A stretch of DNA of 63,974 nt, filler included, from Octopus bimaculoides (taxonomy: Eukaryota), in assembly GCF_001194135.2 (NCBI RefSeq). It is 8 parts of 8 records of this genome, joined end to end, with 100 filler letters (N's around TTAATTAATTAA, not from the genome) between each part and the next. Parts side by side here need not be neighbours in the genome. Positions count along the whole stretch, not along the records: positions 1 to 19,356 come from NC_068981.1; 7 more parts are not named here. One strand, written 5' to 3'. The notes beneath the pieces were generated by a model. It worked only from the letters and a program-made list of their open reading frames with translations. It was not told the DNA's origin and did no database searches. Of the stretch, positions 1-12,347 are shown in pieces. Both the position numbers and the translations under genes were made by a program. Every line of letters starts with the position of its first letter. Within the stretch, counting starts at the first letter, position 1.

Positions 1-72
1 CATCATCATCATCATCATCACCACCATCACCACCGTCATCATCATCATCATCATCACCACCATCACCACCAC

Positions 73-126
<54 letters not shown>
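1..126. repeat. (CAT/CAC)n trinucleotide microsatellite
   Basis: Direct reading. Confidence 0.97.
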
Positions 127-455
127 TACCTCCTCCTTAGCGAATGCGGAGGTATTGTTTCAGTCATGTTTGTTTGTTCATCCATGGACAAGATATCTCA
201 AGAACCACTGGATGGATTCGGATAAAACTTTCAGGGATGTTTGGCCTTGTGACTGGCACAAACTGATTAGATTTTGGAATTGATCCAGTACCAGACAAGG
301 ATTCTGAATTATTTTTCCAGTTGTTTTGCTTAATTTTTGAGAATGGCTGGGTTCATTTTTAGCATTCCCGTTTCTGAGAGCAGTCGAGTTTATTTCAGAA
401 ATTCTCATTTTAAAAATCATCTCCAGCTAATCTTTGAGAGGATGTTGGTGTTACC
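126..455 (+). mobile_element. Helentron-associated non-autonomous element (HINE/DINE-1 type), 3' end decayed
   Basis: 5' hairpin ACCTCC..GGAGGT (128-153), then GTTTGTTTG, and a body clearly homologous to the copy at 14131-14469. Confidence 0.65.
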
Positions 456-692
456 TTGTTGTTGGTGCTATTATTATTATTATTATTATTATTACAATGA
501 ACTTTGAGGTTGTTTTCAAAACATTGAACATTATACAAATAACATTTAAAATTCTATACAGATTTAAAACCGCATTTAAAATGGATTTGTTCTTTTTTGC
601 TTTACACTGTTTTAAAAGTTATGCTATTATTTTTTTAATACTATTTTCTTTTCCTAAAAGTGTTTTATTTTTAAAATATTTATTTTTTCCAG

Positions 693-790
693 AGGTGTCG
701 ACTACCGAAGGACGATTGGGTTGTTCTGAAGTTCTGTTTGAGAATTCTGGGAGTGCACGGACTCTTGCAGTTGAGCCAGATAGATTAGGA
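693..790 (+). CDS. RNF123: RNF123 coding exon A ([33 protein letters not shown])
   Basis: Polypyrimidine tract plus CAG acceptor at 690-692, GTGAGT donor at 791, phase 0 end fits exon B. Start could alternatively be 695 (tandem AG). Confidence 0.75.
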
Positions 791-1390
791 GTGAGTGTAT
801 TATAGATATTGTTGTTTGTGATTCAATGAACAATCATCAGTGTGTGTGTGTGTGTGTGCATGTGTGCATTTGTGTGTGTGTGTGTGTGTGATATTGTCCT
901 ATCGTAATCACTGCAGCCACTTGACACTAACAGAGCCACAAACTACAAACAAAGAGGATTGATAGAAAGGCACTGAGTTGATTGGATGATTAATAAATGG
1001 TGTGATATCTCACTGCTCTGATAATTTACTTCAACTTAATCAAAACAATCAGATTGGAGAAAGACAAAAAGACATGGCTTTATTGGAAACCTCCCCCCAA
1101 CAATTTGAGAGAAAAAACAACAAACTAAAGACAATAACAAGGAATTGTTATTTCAAAATTGGTTTATGATTGCATGAATAGTCTGAGTTCTCAAATGAAA
1201 CCATCCTTTTGTATTGTCTTTGACAGGCGCAGGAGTGGCTGTGTGGTAAGTAGCTTGCTTACCAACCACATAGTTCTGGGTTCAGTCCCACTGCGTGGCA
1301 CCTTGGGCAAGTGTCTTCTACTATAGCCTCGGGCCGACCAAAGCCTTGTGAGTGGATTTGGTAGACAGAAACTGAAAGAAGCCCGTTGTG

Positions 1391-1425
<35 letters not shown>

Positions 1426-4400
1426 ATATGTTTGTGTCTGTGTTTGTCCCCACAACTTCGCTTGATAACTGAGGCTGGTGAGTTTACGTCTCCATAACTT
1501 AGCAGTTCAGCAAAAAGAGAACAATAGAATAAGTACTAGGCTTACAAAGAATAAGTCCTGGGGTCGATTTGCTCGACTAAAAAGCGGTGCCCCAGCATGG
1601 CCGCAGTTAAATGACTGAAACAAGTAAAAGATTAAAAGAGATAAGTGCAGGCATGGCTTTGTGGTAAGAAGTTCGCTTCCTAACCACATGGTTCTTGGTT
1701 CAGTCCCACTGCATGGCACCTTGGCCAAGTGTCTTCTTGTAAAATAGTGGTTCCCAAACTTGGTGGTATTGCCCTCCCCCTGGATGTGATGGAAAGTTCC
1801 AAGGGGGCATTGAAGAAAAGTGGGGTGATAATGGGGTAGCGAATCAGGTAAAAACAACAAAATAATGGGTTCATTAGGTTAAGTTTTATTTGTGAAATAC
1901 AGTTGCTTTGAATTGGCTTCAGAAAGAGGTGGTTAGTTGGGGCGGGGGTGCTAGGAATGTAGCCTCAGTGTCAAGGGGGCGGTAGCCCAATAAAGTTTGG
2001 GAACTACTGTTCTTAAAGCCTCTGACCGTCTTGCAATTCTGCCAGCTTGCCACCTTTATATAACAGTGGTTTCTTATTCACATCTCTTTTTGCCAAATTG
2101 ATAAGTTAGAGAAACATAAACAAACTAACACCGGTTTTCATGCAGTGGCGGTGGTGGTGGTGGGGGGATGAACACAAACACTGATTTAGGTCCAAGGCCG
2201 GTAATTTTGAGGCGAGGATGTTAATTGATACTATTGACCCCAGTAAATCACTGGTATTTTAAGTCTATTGTGATTACAGGTTGGTGTATATATAATGTTA
2301 TATACGGTCAGTGCTTCATTACCCTTACAATTATTTTAATTTTTATTAGGGTTAGGGTTAGGGGTCTTTGCGAACGGGTATTATTCATTTATTATTTATG
2401 GGGAATGTTAATGTATATTGGATTTTTGGTTTATTATTGGCTTTTTTAGTAAAATTACCTATTTATTTTTTCATTTGTGATTACCTAAAGCTCATGTAGA
2501 GGCTCTGATTTCAGGATCAATAATTTTGGCCAGAGTATTATTAAAGTTGGAGCGGTTATGGAGTTATACGATTAATAGGATTGTTTAAATTTTGGGGGTA
2601 GAGATTATATAATTACATTGATAGTTGTTTGTTTATGAGGAGGGTTATTGACTTCTGGCGAAATTGACCATCATGAAATTTGAACTTAGGGAGTTGAGGC
2701 AAATATAGCAAAGCATTTTTCCAACACTCTAACAATTCTGCCTGCTTGCTGCCTTTAATAATCATTTCTAATTTAGGAACAATGCCAGCAGTTTTGAGAT
2801 GTGAGAGAGAGAGAGTTAGTGGATAGCATCAACACCCTCAGTACTAAACTGCTACTTTATTTTATCAACCCCACTGGGATGAAAAACTGTCAACTTTGGC
2901 AGGATTTGAACTCAGAAACATAAAGAGGTGGAACAGATATCACAAAGCATTTCATCTGACCCTCTAATGATTCTGCCAGAATCCACCTTCATAAAATAAC
3001 AGTTGCTAATTTAGGTGCAAGACCAGCGACTTCGAGAGGCAAGGTTTCCTGATACTGTCAGCCGCAGTACTTGGTTAGTCTCCATTACTCCCTAAGGAGT
3101 ATAGTCCTGGTTCCCAGGTTTCTCTGACATATATTATTCCTCCCTGGACTGGACACTGGTCAGTCGCTTGATTACTCATTTTCCCCAGCTGAGTGGACTA
3201 GAGTAATGTGAAATGAAGTGTGTTGCTCAAGAGCATCATCTGGTCCAGGAATTGAAACCACAATCTTATGATGATGAATCCTGCTCCCTAACCACTAAGC
3301 CATGTACCTCCACACCCCAGTACTTGACTGGTACTTTAGTTTATTAAGTTCAGAGGGATGAACTCAGAACACCAGGAGCTAGGACAAATAACATATGGCA
3401 CTTTTACCAATGCTCTAATGATTCTACGAGCTTGACACTTTAATTTATAGAGATATGCTTGTTTGTCTTGCAAATTACTTGGCAACCTCACTATTGCTGG
3501 TGCCGTGTAAAAAAGCCCCCGTCCCAGTCCACTCTGTTAAGTGGTTGGCATTAGGAAGGGCATCCAGCTATATGAGCCATACAAAAGCCGACATTGGAGC
3601 TTAATGTAGTGCTCCTGCTTGTTGGATTCTGTCAAACTGTCTCATCCATGTCTGCAAGGAAGACAGATGTTCAATGAGGACGATGATGATGATGATGAGG
3701 TTGTGGGTGGTTATTTTAAAATTAACACCTTATAATTATGAACTCTAAATGTATTTTATTGATGAATGACTTTTGTCTTAAATAAACTGAGAATCTTGTT
3801 TTCTTTAACTACAGGTGTCAAGCCTAAGTAACTTCAGTTCAATTCGAGCAAACTGTTGTGTTTATAAAGGTAATAATTTTAATTATTATTATTATTATTA
3901 TTATTATTCTTGTATGTGTCTGTTTGAATGAGAAAAGGGAATATGAAAGTATATTAGATATCAAAGGATAAACTGTTGTCTTTGGTATTTTCTTTAAAAC
4001 AGTTGTTTAAATGTTATGGTTGTTTGATTAAGACAGGTTTGAAATGCTGAGTGCAGGCTATGACTAGGTATTGGTATGGCTGTGTGGTTGTTGAGTTCCC
4101 TTTGTCATCAAATGGTCTAAAGTTCTATTTCACTGTGTGACAACTTGAGCAAGTGGCTTCTACTGTGGCCTTGGGCTGACCACTGACTTCTGCATTGAAC
4201 TGATAGACAAACTGTTTGGAACCCCTACACTTCAGGGATGCAAATTAAGGATTTCTTCATAGAGTAACTGCTGCATTTGTTGATTATATAAACAGTTTGG
4301 CTGCTTATTTCTCTGGAGACACCTCTGATGAGAACACAATAAAGTTTGAAAATCAATTAAGGTCGTTCACTGGCACGTGAAAAAACATTCGAGCGAGGTT

Positions 4401-4637
4401 GTTGCCAGTGCCACTGGACTGACTCCTGTGCAGGCGGCACGTAAAAAACACCATTTTGAGCATGGCTATTGCCAGTACCGCCTGAGTGGCGCCTTTTAGT
4501 CGAGCAAATCAACCCCAGGACTTATTATTTGTAATCCTAGTATTTATGCTATCAGTCTTTTTTGCTGAACTGCTAGGTTACGGGGACATAAACACACTAT
4601 GTTGGGGGGACAAATACAGACATACAAACATATATTA

Positions 4638-4690
<53 letters not shown>

Positions 4691-7600
4691 CAACGGGCTT
4701 CTTTTAGTTTCCGTCTACCATATCCACTGACAAGGTTTTGGTCTGCCCGAGGCTATAGTAGAAGACACTTGCCCAAGGTGCCATGCAGTGGGACTGAACC
4801 TGGAACCATGTGGTTGATAAGCAAGCTACTTACCACACAGCCATTCCTGTGCCTATATAGAAAACAGTTATTTTATTCCACACAGGAATATAGGAAAAAT
4901 AGAAGTTCAAAATGCACTGAGAATAATTCAAATATTTTTTATTAATATAATTAAAGCTTTAACTGGTTTCACAATTTACACTGATTTTCAAAAAGTTGAA
5001 ATAGAAAGATGCAGCTTATGTCACAAATGAGTTAAATGTCTAAACAACAAGAAAAAATGGAAAACAGGAAAGGTAAACACAGAGAAAGGACCCTTCATCC
5101 GTTGTCGGCTGTCTATCTACTCCTCATTTTGAGCATTCAATGACAATATGAGTCTTCAAAGACGGTTGCCCCCATAAATTCTAAAATAGAATTTAGGATT
5201 TATGAAGGGTCAAAGTTGGGAACAAAGACATGACAGTAGACACATACAAGGAAACCGAACGGAAACAAACATGGAGGATCGTTGGACCAGAACGAGAGGA
5301 AAATAGTGAATGCTGGGAGAAATATTTTCTTTGAAAAGAGAAAAGGTAGATGAGAGAGAAAAATATCGTCCACTCTTTTGAATGTCCGTGCAGGAAAAGA
5401 AAGATGGTCACATGAGGAAAAGAAAGATGGAGGTAGTATATATATATATATATATATATAGGTCCCTTTCATTCTTTTCTTGTCTTACCATTTTTATCAA
5501 TATATATATATATATATATATATATANNNNNNNNNNNNNNNNNNNNNNNNNNNNNNNNNNNNNNNNNNNNNNNNNNNNNNNNNNNNNNNNNNNNNNNNNN
5601 NNNNNNNNNNNNNNNNNNNNNNNNNNNNNNNNNNNNNNNNNNNNNNNNNNNNNNNNNNNNNNNNNNNNNNNNNNNNNNNCCTGACTGGCCTTCGTGCCGG
5701 TGGCACGTAAAAGCACCCACTACACTCTCAGAGTGGTTGGCGTTAGGAAGGGCATCCAGCTGTAGAAACTCTCCCAAATCAGATTGGAGCTTGGTGTAGC
5801 CATCTGGTTCACCAGTCCTCAGTCATATCGTCCAACCCATGCTAGCATGGAAAGCGGACGTTAAACAATGATGATGATACACACACACACACACACACAC
5901 ACATACCTGGCACTCCATCAGTTGTGATGATGGAATAACTGTCTCTTGAAATTAATGTGCAAGTGGCTGAGCACTCCACAAATACTTGTACCCTCAATAT
6001 AGCTCTCAGGGAGATTCAGCTTGGTACTGAATGTGACAAGGCTGGCCCCTTGAAATACAGGTACAACTCATTCTTACCAGCTGAGTGGACTGGAGCAGCA
6101 TGAAATAAAATGTCTTACTCAAGGACCCAGGTATTGCCAGGTATTGAACTCGTGACCTTACAGTCATGAGCCAAAAGAATCAAACCACTTAGCTATGTGC
6201 CTTCACTAAGACTAAATTTTGTCTAAAGATTTTCTATGCCAGACCCTCACAAATCAGAAGGTTCACCTATCACTCCAAAACAGCCCCTGTTATCATTTCA
6301 GTGTACAGATTCATGATCACTAACTAATTAGCCAGAAATAGCAGTCAAATCTTCCTCAAATCACACTCTCCTACCTTAAAACTGGACTATGGCTGCAAAA
6401 GGTAGGGTGGTCATGGTAGGAACGTATTTCACCATATCTCTATTTGATTAAAGTTGACATGATACTAAAGAAGATACACAATTACCGATTGCTAACCAAT
6501 ATCTTTCCAAAACAAAATTAACCACGTACACCTCATTCCATTCTCCTCTTGGAGAAATATCTATGAAAGTGAAATGTCCATTTTTCTTCTTGCTTTAACC
6601 AAAATTATTCCAAAATGAATTTCTTTCAGGTAAATGGATCTACGAACTGATGCTGGGTTCAAAAGGTGTGATGCAGGTGGGCTGGTGTACCATAAATTGT
6701 CAGTTTTTTCAAGAGGCAAGTATTTTTTTTACCTTCTATTTCTTTCAGTCATTGAACTGTGGCCATGCTGGGGCACTAGTAGTCTTCCTCACATTCTACT
6801 CTATCGTTGTTTTTTTTCTTCTTTTGCCCTCTCTGTTATGTTACCCTCTGATCCTTTTTCTTTCATTATTCCTACAAATGTATAGAATATGACTTCATGC
6901 CACATTATATCTTACAGAATGGCGTTGGAGATACAATAGATTCTTATGCCTATGATGGTAACAGACTTTGCAAATGGAATGTCAAAACTCAACGGTATGG
7001 AGAGGTGTGTATATCATTAGGTTTCCATATTGAAATTTATGCTCTTAACTTTTCCCTAATAATTATTGTACATTCCTTTATTTATTTATTTTTTTTTTAA
7101 TATTCTTTTGAAAGATCAGGTGATAAACTGGAAGAATCATTAGCATACCAGACAAAATGCTTAGCGGCATTGCATCTGCCTTTACATTCTGAGTTCAAAT
7201 TCTTCCAAGGTGGACTTTGCCTTTCATCCTTTTTGGATTGATAAAATAAGTACTAGTTGAGCACTGAGGTCGATGTAATTGACTCCCCCACCACCTCCCC
7301 CAAAATTGCTGGCCTTGTGCCAAAATTTGAAACCAATATTCTTCTGAAAGATTAATTGCTGGTGGCACGTAAAAAGCGCCATTTGAGCATGGTTGTTGCA
7401 AGTGCCGCCTGATTGGCTCCCGTGCTGGTGGCATGTAAAAAGCATCATTCAAGCATGGTCGTTGCAAGTGCCGGTGGCACATAAAAGCACCCACTACACT
7501 CTTGGAGCAGTTGGCGGTTAGGAAGGGCATCCAGCTGTAGAAACTTTACCAAATCGGATTGGAGCCTGGTGCAGCCTTCTGGCTTGCCAGCCCACAGCCA

Positions 7601-10600
7601 AACCGTCCAACCCATGCCAGCATGGAAAGCGGATGTTAAACGACAATGATGATGATGATGATGATGATGACCATATTTGATGGCATAAAAGTTACACAGG
7701 CATATTAGACATGTCCCTTTGAACAGCATTTATTCAGGTAAACTCCCCCCCCCAAATTTTTAGTGCATTAAAGCATCTAATATTTAAAGTAGGTTTGCAT
7801 ACAGGGCCTTTTTCATTTGTTCCAGTCATTAGACTGCTGCCATGCTGGGGCACTGCCTTGAAGAATGTTTAGTCAAATGAATCGACTTCAGCACTTATTT
7901 TCTCGGTCTCTTTTACTGAACCACTAAGTTACAAGGGCATAAACACACCTACTCTGGTTGTCAAGCAGTGGTAGGGGATGAACATAGGCACAAAGAAATA
8001 TCCACATGCACACACACATGCACACACACACACACATATACGACAGGCTTCTTTCAGTTTCTGTCTACCAAATCCACTCATAAGGTTTTGGTTGGCCTGA
8101 GGCTATAGTAGAAGGCACTTGCCCAAGGTGTCATGCAATGGGATTGAACCCAGAACCCTATGGTTGGGAAGGAAGCTTCTTACCACACAGCCACACTTGG
8201 GGTGAATTTTTTTTTTTTGATACATTTTTTGGTGAGTGGGGGAAGAAGGGCATTTTATATACTTTTGAATATGGTATTAGGTGTTAATTCTTCATTATTA
8301 TTTGATGTCTGGGAAATGAATCAATCTCTCTGTCTCTCTCTCTCTTTCAGTCTTGGTTAACAGGTGATGTGATAAGTTGTGCAATAGACTGTGACAAAGG
8401 AACCATTACCTTTTTCCGGTATGTAATTCTTTAATTCCACTATTTTTGCTTCAAAACTATTTAAAAACTTTGCTTTTGTATTTGGTTTGCAAGATTCTTG
8501 ATGTAAATTCAAATGTTGAAACAAATCTTGTTGTGTCTTGGGAGGGTCAGTATGCCAATAATAATAATAAACACATGCACTGGTTCAATATCACCTCTTT
8601 ATTGTTAGTAAGTTAAATATCTCACCAACTAACTAATCGTTTGTTTAATGTGTTGGTTAGATAATCAATTGAGTGATTGTTTGTCAAAGTCCTTTTATTG
8701 CTATTCGCGATGTTTTGAATTCAATCCCACTTCGTGGCACATTGGGAAACTGTCTTCTACTACAGGCCCAGCTTGTGTCTAGCCCCCATGTCTCTTTTGA
8801 CATGGTTCTTACAGCTGGATACTCTTTGTAATGCCAACACTCTTTACAGAGTGCTTTGTTTCATGCCACTGGCACCAGTGAGGTCACCAAGTAATTCACA
8901 GGGCAAAAAAAAAAAAAGGACCCCTTGACTGAGTGGGGTTTTAGTAAAGTGGGAGGTGGCTTTATACCAGGTGTTGAGGGGTCAAACAAGTAAACGAGTA
9001 TATATATATAGTGCGTGTGTTTATTTGGCTATTCTGAACTATAACAATATCTGTTTGAAGACCCAGTTTCACATGAGGAATCTTGCAAAGCAAATGCATT
9101 TATATATAAACTGCTGAAGAACTTATATATATATGTGATTTTTGTTTTTAAATTCAGGAATGGGAAATGTCTTGGAGAGGCTTTCAATAATGTCAGATGT
9201 GGCCCAGGATATGCCTATTTCCCTGCTGTCAGTTTATCCATGTCGGAAAATGTTCGTGCTAATTTTGGGGCAATCCCTCTTAGATATCCTTTATGAATTG
9301 ATGTTTCTTGTCTGTCATTTATGTCAAATGAAATGTGTGTGTGTGTGTGTTTTTTGCTACTATGATATATGTGTGTGTGTATGTTCTTTTATTCATTGCA
9401 TGTCACCAAGCCTAGCATGTGTATTCATCCTGTCCCCCTTATGTTATATAGCTCTCTCTCTCTCTCTCTCTCTGTGATTGGAGAGAACACCCAACCAACC
9501 AGATTTACATTAGCTACTCTTCTATAGAAATACCTGGTCATAAAATAAGCATTAAAATGAAAATTTGGTAAATTCATAAATTGATGGGTTTGAGGAACTG
9601 TGTGGTTTTTGTTACAAGGACAACTAATTAGGACGCTGTTCTTGTATAAGAAGTTCTTGTGTTTGTTTAAACCCAGATCTGACATCATTAAGTACAGTAG
9701 ATGTATGATCAAAAGTATGCCAACCATGACCAATCCATCTGTTTGTATCTTTAGGACTACTATTGTCCTCTTTCTTTATGACTGTAGAGTGTGATCTGAA
9801 GGAATTTTGGTTCCTATATCTAACAGATTGAGGGGCTATTAAGAGGCTCCGTTCTTAGTTTGTCTGTACAAGACATTCTTGAAGAAGCTGAAATTTGAAA
9901 ACTTACATAGGCACAGGCGTGGCTGTGTGGTAAGAAGCTTGCTTCCAAACCACATGGTTCCAAGTTCAGCCCCACTGCATGGCACCTTCAGCAAATGTCT
10001 TCTACTATAGGTGCAGGAGTGGCCATATGGTAAGAAGCTTGCTTCCCAGCCACATGGTTCCAGGTTTAGTCCCACTGCATGGCCTCTTGGGCAAGTGTCT
10101 TCTACTATAGCCTTGGGTCAACCAAAGCTTTGTGAATGGATTTAGTAGTTGGAAACTGGAAGAAGCCCTTTGTGTATATATATATATATATATATGTATG
10201 TATATGTTTGTGTGTCTGTGTTTGTCCCCCACCATCACTTGGTGGTGTGTTTACGTCCCTGTAACTTAGCGGTTCAGCAAAAGAAACCAATAGAATAAGT
10301 ACTAGGCTTACAAATTCTACTAAAGGCGGTGCTCCAGCATGGCCGCAGTCAAATGACAGAAACAAGTAAAAGGACAGTAATATTTGTTGCATTTATTTAG
10401 CAGTCCCAATTTATCTAGATCAATGATTCTCAACCATTTTTTACCTATGGACCCCTTCGATTACTATTTTATTCTTGTTGACCCCTTTCTCTAGCCAGTC
10501 AATGTTTAAAAACTAATTTTGTTGATAGTTCTTTCAAAATTCCTATTTTGTTTTCCATTCATTTAACTTGTGTCAGTTGGACTATGTAAAACATTAGAGA

Positions 10601-12222
10601 AAGAAACCTTGCAGTTTCTTGCAATAAATACATCTAAAGCAACATTTTTATGGGCCCTTAAAATGATATTGTGGACCCAATTTATCATTTTGCTTATGTG
10701 GACCCCTAAAAATTTCATATGGATCCCAGTTGAGAACTACTGATCTTAGTAAAGATCTAACTAGTTCAGGGTACTACTTTTGCTAACATATATTGATTCT
10801 GTATTTAAAAGTATCTTTCAAGTGTTGGGCCTCATAGAGAGAAAGTGCTTGAGTGTTGGGCCTCATAGAAGCAAAGTGGCTGAGTTCCTTTCGAGCTTTG
10901 AGCCTCGTGGAGGCAAAATGCTTGAGTGTTGGGCCTCATGGAAGCAAAGTGGCTGAGTTCCTTTCGAGCGTTGGGCCTCATGGAGGCAAAATGCTTGAGT
11001 GTTGGGCCTCATGGAGGCGAAGTGGCTCAGTTCCTTTTGAGCATCGGGCCTCATCAAGGCTAAATGACAGTTACTTTCGAGTGTTGGGCCTCATGAAGGC
11101 ATTGACCAAGACCTTTGGCATTATGTTGTGCTTAAGAAGACCCATCAATCTTTGTTCTCCACTTTTTGTATTTAATTTCTTTGTTTTCTTTGTGGCTATC
11201 TGTAACTACAGAATTTTTTATTTATTTATTTATTTTTTTTAAATACTGAGTTTATATTTTATTAGAGAAGCCACTAATTATGAGAGCATTTATCTTCTAA
11301 TCCTTCCTTGACAATAATGAATATATCAGGTTGAAGGATACAAACCTCTGCAAGATCCTCCACATTTAGATCTTGTCCAAGCCCAAATTTTGTTCTGTTA
11401 TTTAGAAAATTTGTTACCTGTCATGGTTGAAGAGGAGGTAAGTTCTTTTTATGTTTTTTAAATACAAAGTTATTAAAAAATAATCTTTCTCTATTTAATC
11501 AACCATATTTCTTCTTTATCAATTAATACCCCCCCNNNNNNNNNNCCGCCATATTCTTTTGTGCCTAATTTTCTGTGCCAGTCTGGATTTTGTAGTTCAC
11601 AGGTTCCTATCACTAATTATACATTTCCAAATGATTTGCTAGAGTAAGACTTTCCACAGTCAGGTTAACCCCACTTTTTAATGGTAGTTGCTGAACTGTG
11701 AAATGTGATAACATTCCTATGAAAATATTCCCATAAACACACAAGTTAAAATCTGTTATATGCAGTATTAGATTAACATAGCAACTTATGTACCATACTT
11801 AATGTAAATGTGAAGGGACATGGCCTAATAGTTAGGGTGTTGCACTCACGGTCACTAGATCATGGTTTCAATTTCCAGACTGAGCAGCACATTGTGTCCT
11901 TGAGCAAAACACTTCATTTCACATTGCTCCAGTCCACTCACTTGTGAATAGGTTCACCCTGCAACGAACTGGTCTCCTGGGACTAGCTTTCCAATCAGGA
12001 GGAATGTTGACTTGCTTGTCCAGCCATCATTCAAGAGCTAAAAATGATGTGAAGTGCATTGTGACCAGCGATGTACAACAACATCCAGTAGTCTGGTCAG
12101 TCACATGATCACTTAATATAAATACATTGTGATAGGCAAAATTTATTGTGGGATTCCTCCAGAGGTAATATCTTCTGCATTATGTTCAAAGCATAATATG
12201 AATATATATGTATGTGTGTGTG

Positions 12223-12254
<32 letters not shown>

Positions 12255-12260
12255 TGTATG

Positions 12261-12347
<87 letters not shown>

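Larger units (their letters stand above)
9284..11322 (+). other. U12-type (minor spliceosome) intron with apparent AT-AT termini
   Basis: 5' end ATATCCTTT; branch site TTCCTTGAC at 11304-11312 with the A 11 nt from the inferred 3' end; no polypyrimidine tract; reading frame requires an end at ...TGAAT 11322. Confidence 0.85.

Noticed and set aside
2346-2363. (TTAGGG)3 as an interstitial telomere
   Set aside because: Only three units, in an AT-rich repeat-like context; not enough to support a fusion relic.
3801-3814. TTCTTTAAC resembling a U12 branch site before exon B
   Set aside because: The branch A would be only about 6 nt from the AG, and the donor (GTGAGT) is U2-type.
4325-4355. CTGATGA...GAAA hammerhead-like spacing
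   Set aside because: Weak stem II, no GUH triplet after GAAA and no convincing stem I.
11327-11329. CAG as acceptor for the intron after exon F
   Set aside because: Gives AGG TTG AAG GAT, out of frame with the conserved GYKPLQDPP.
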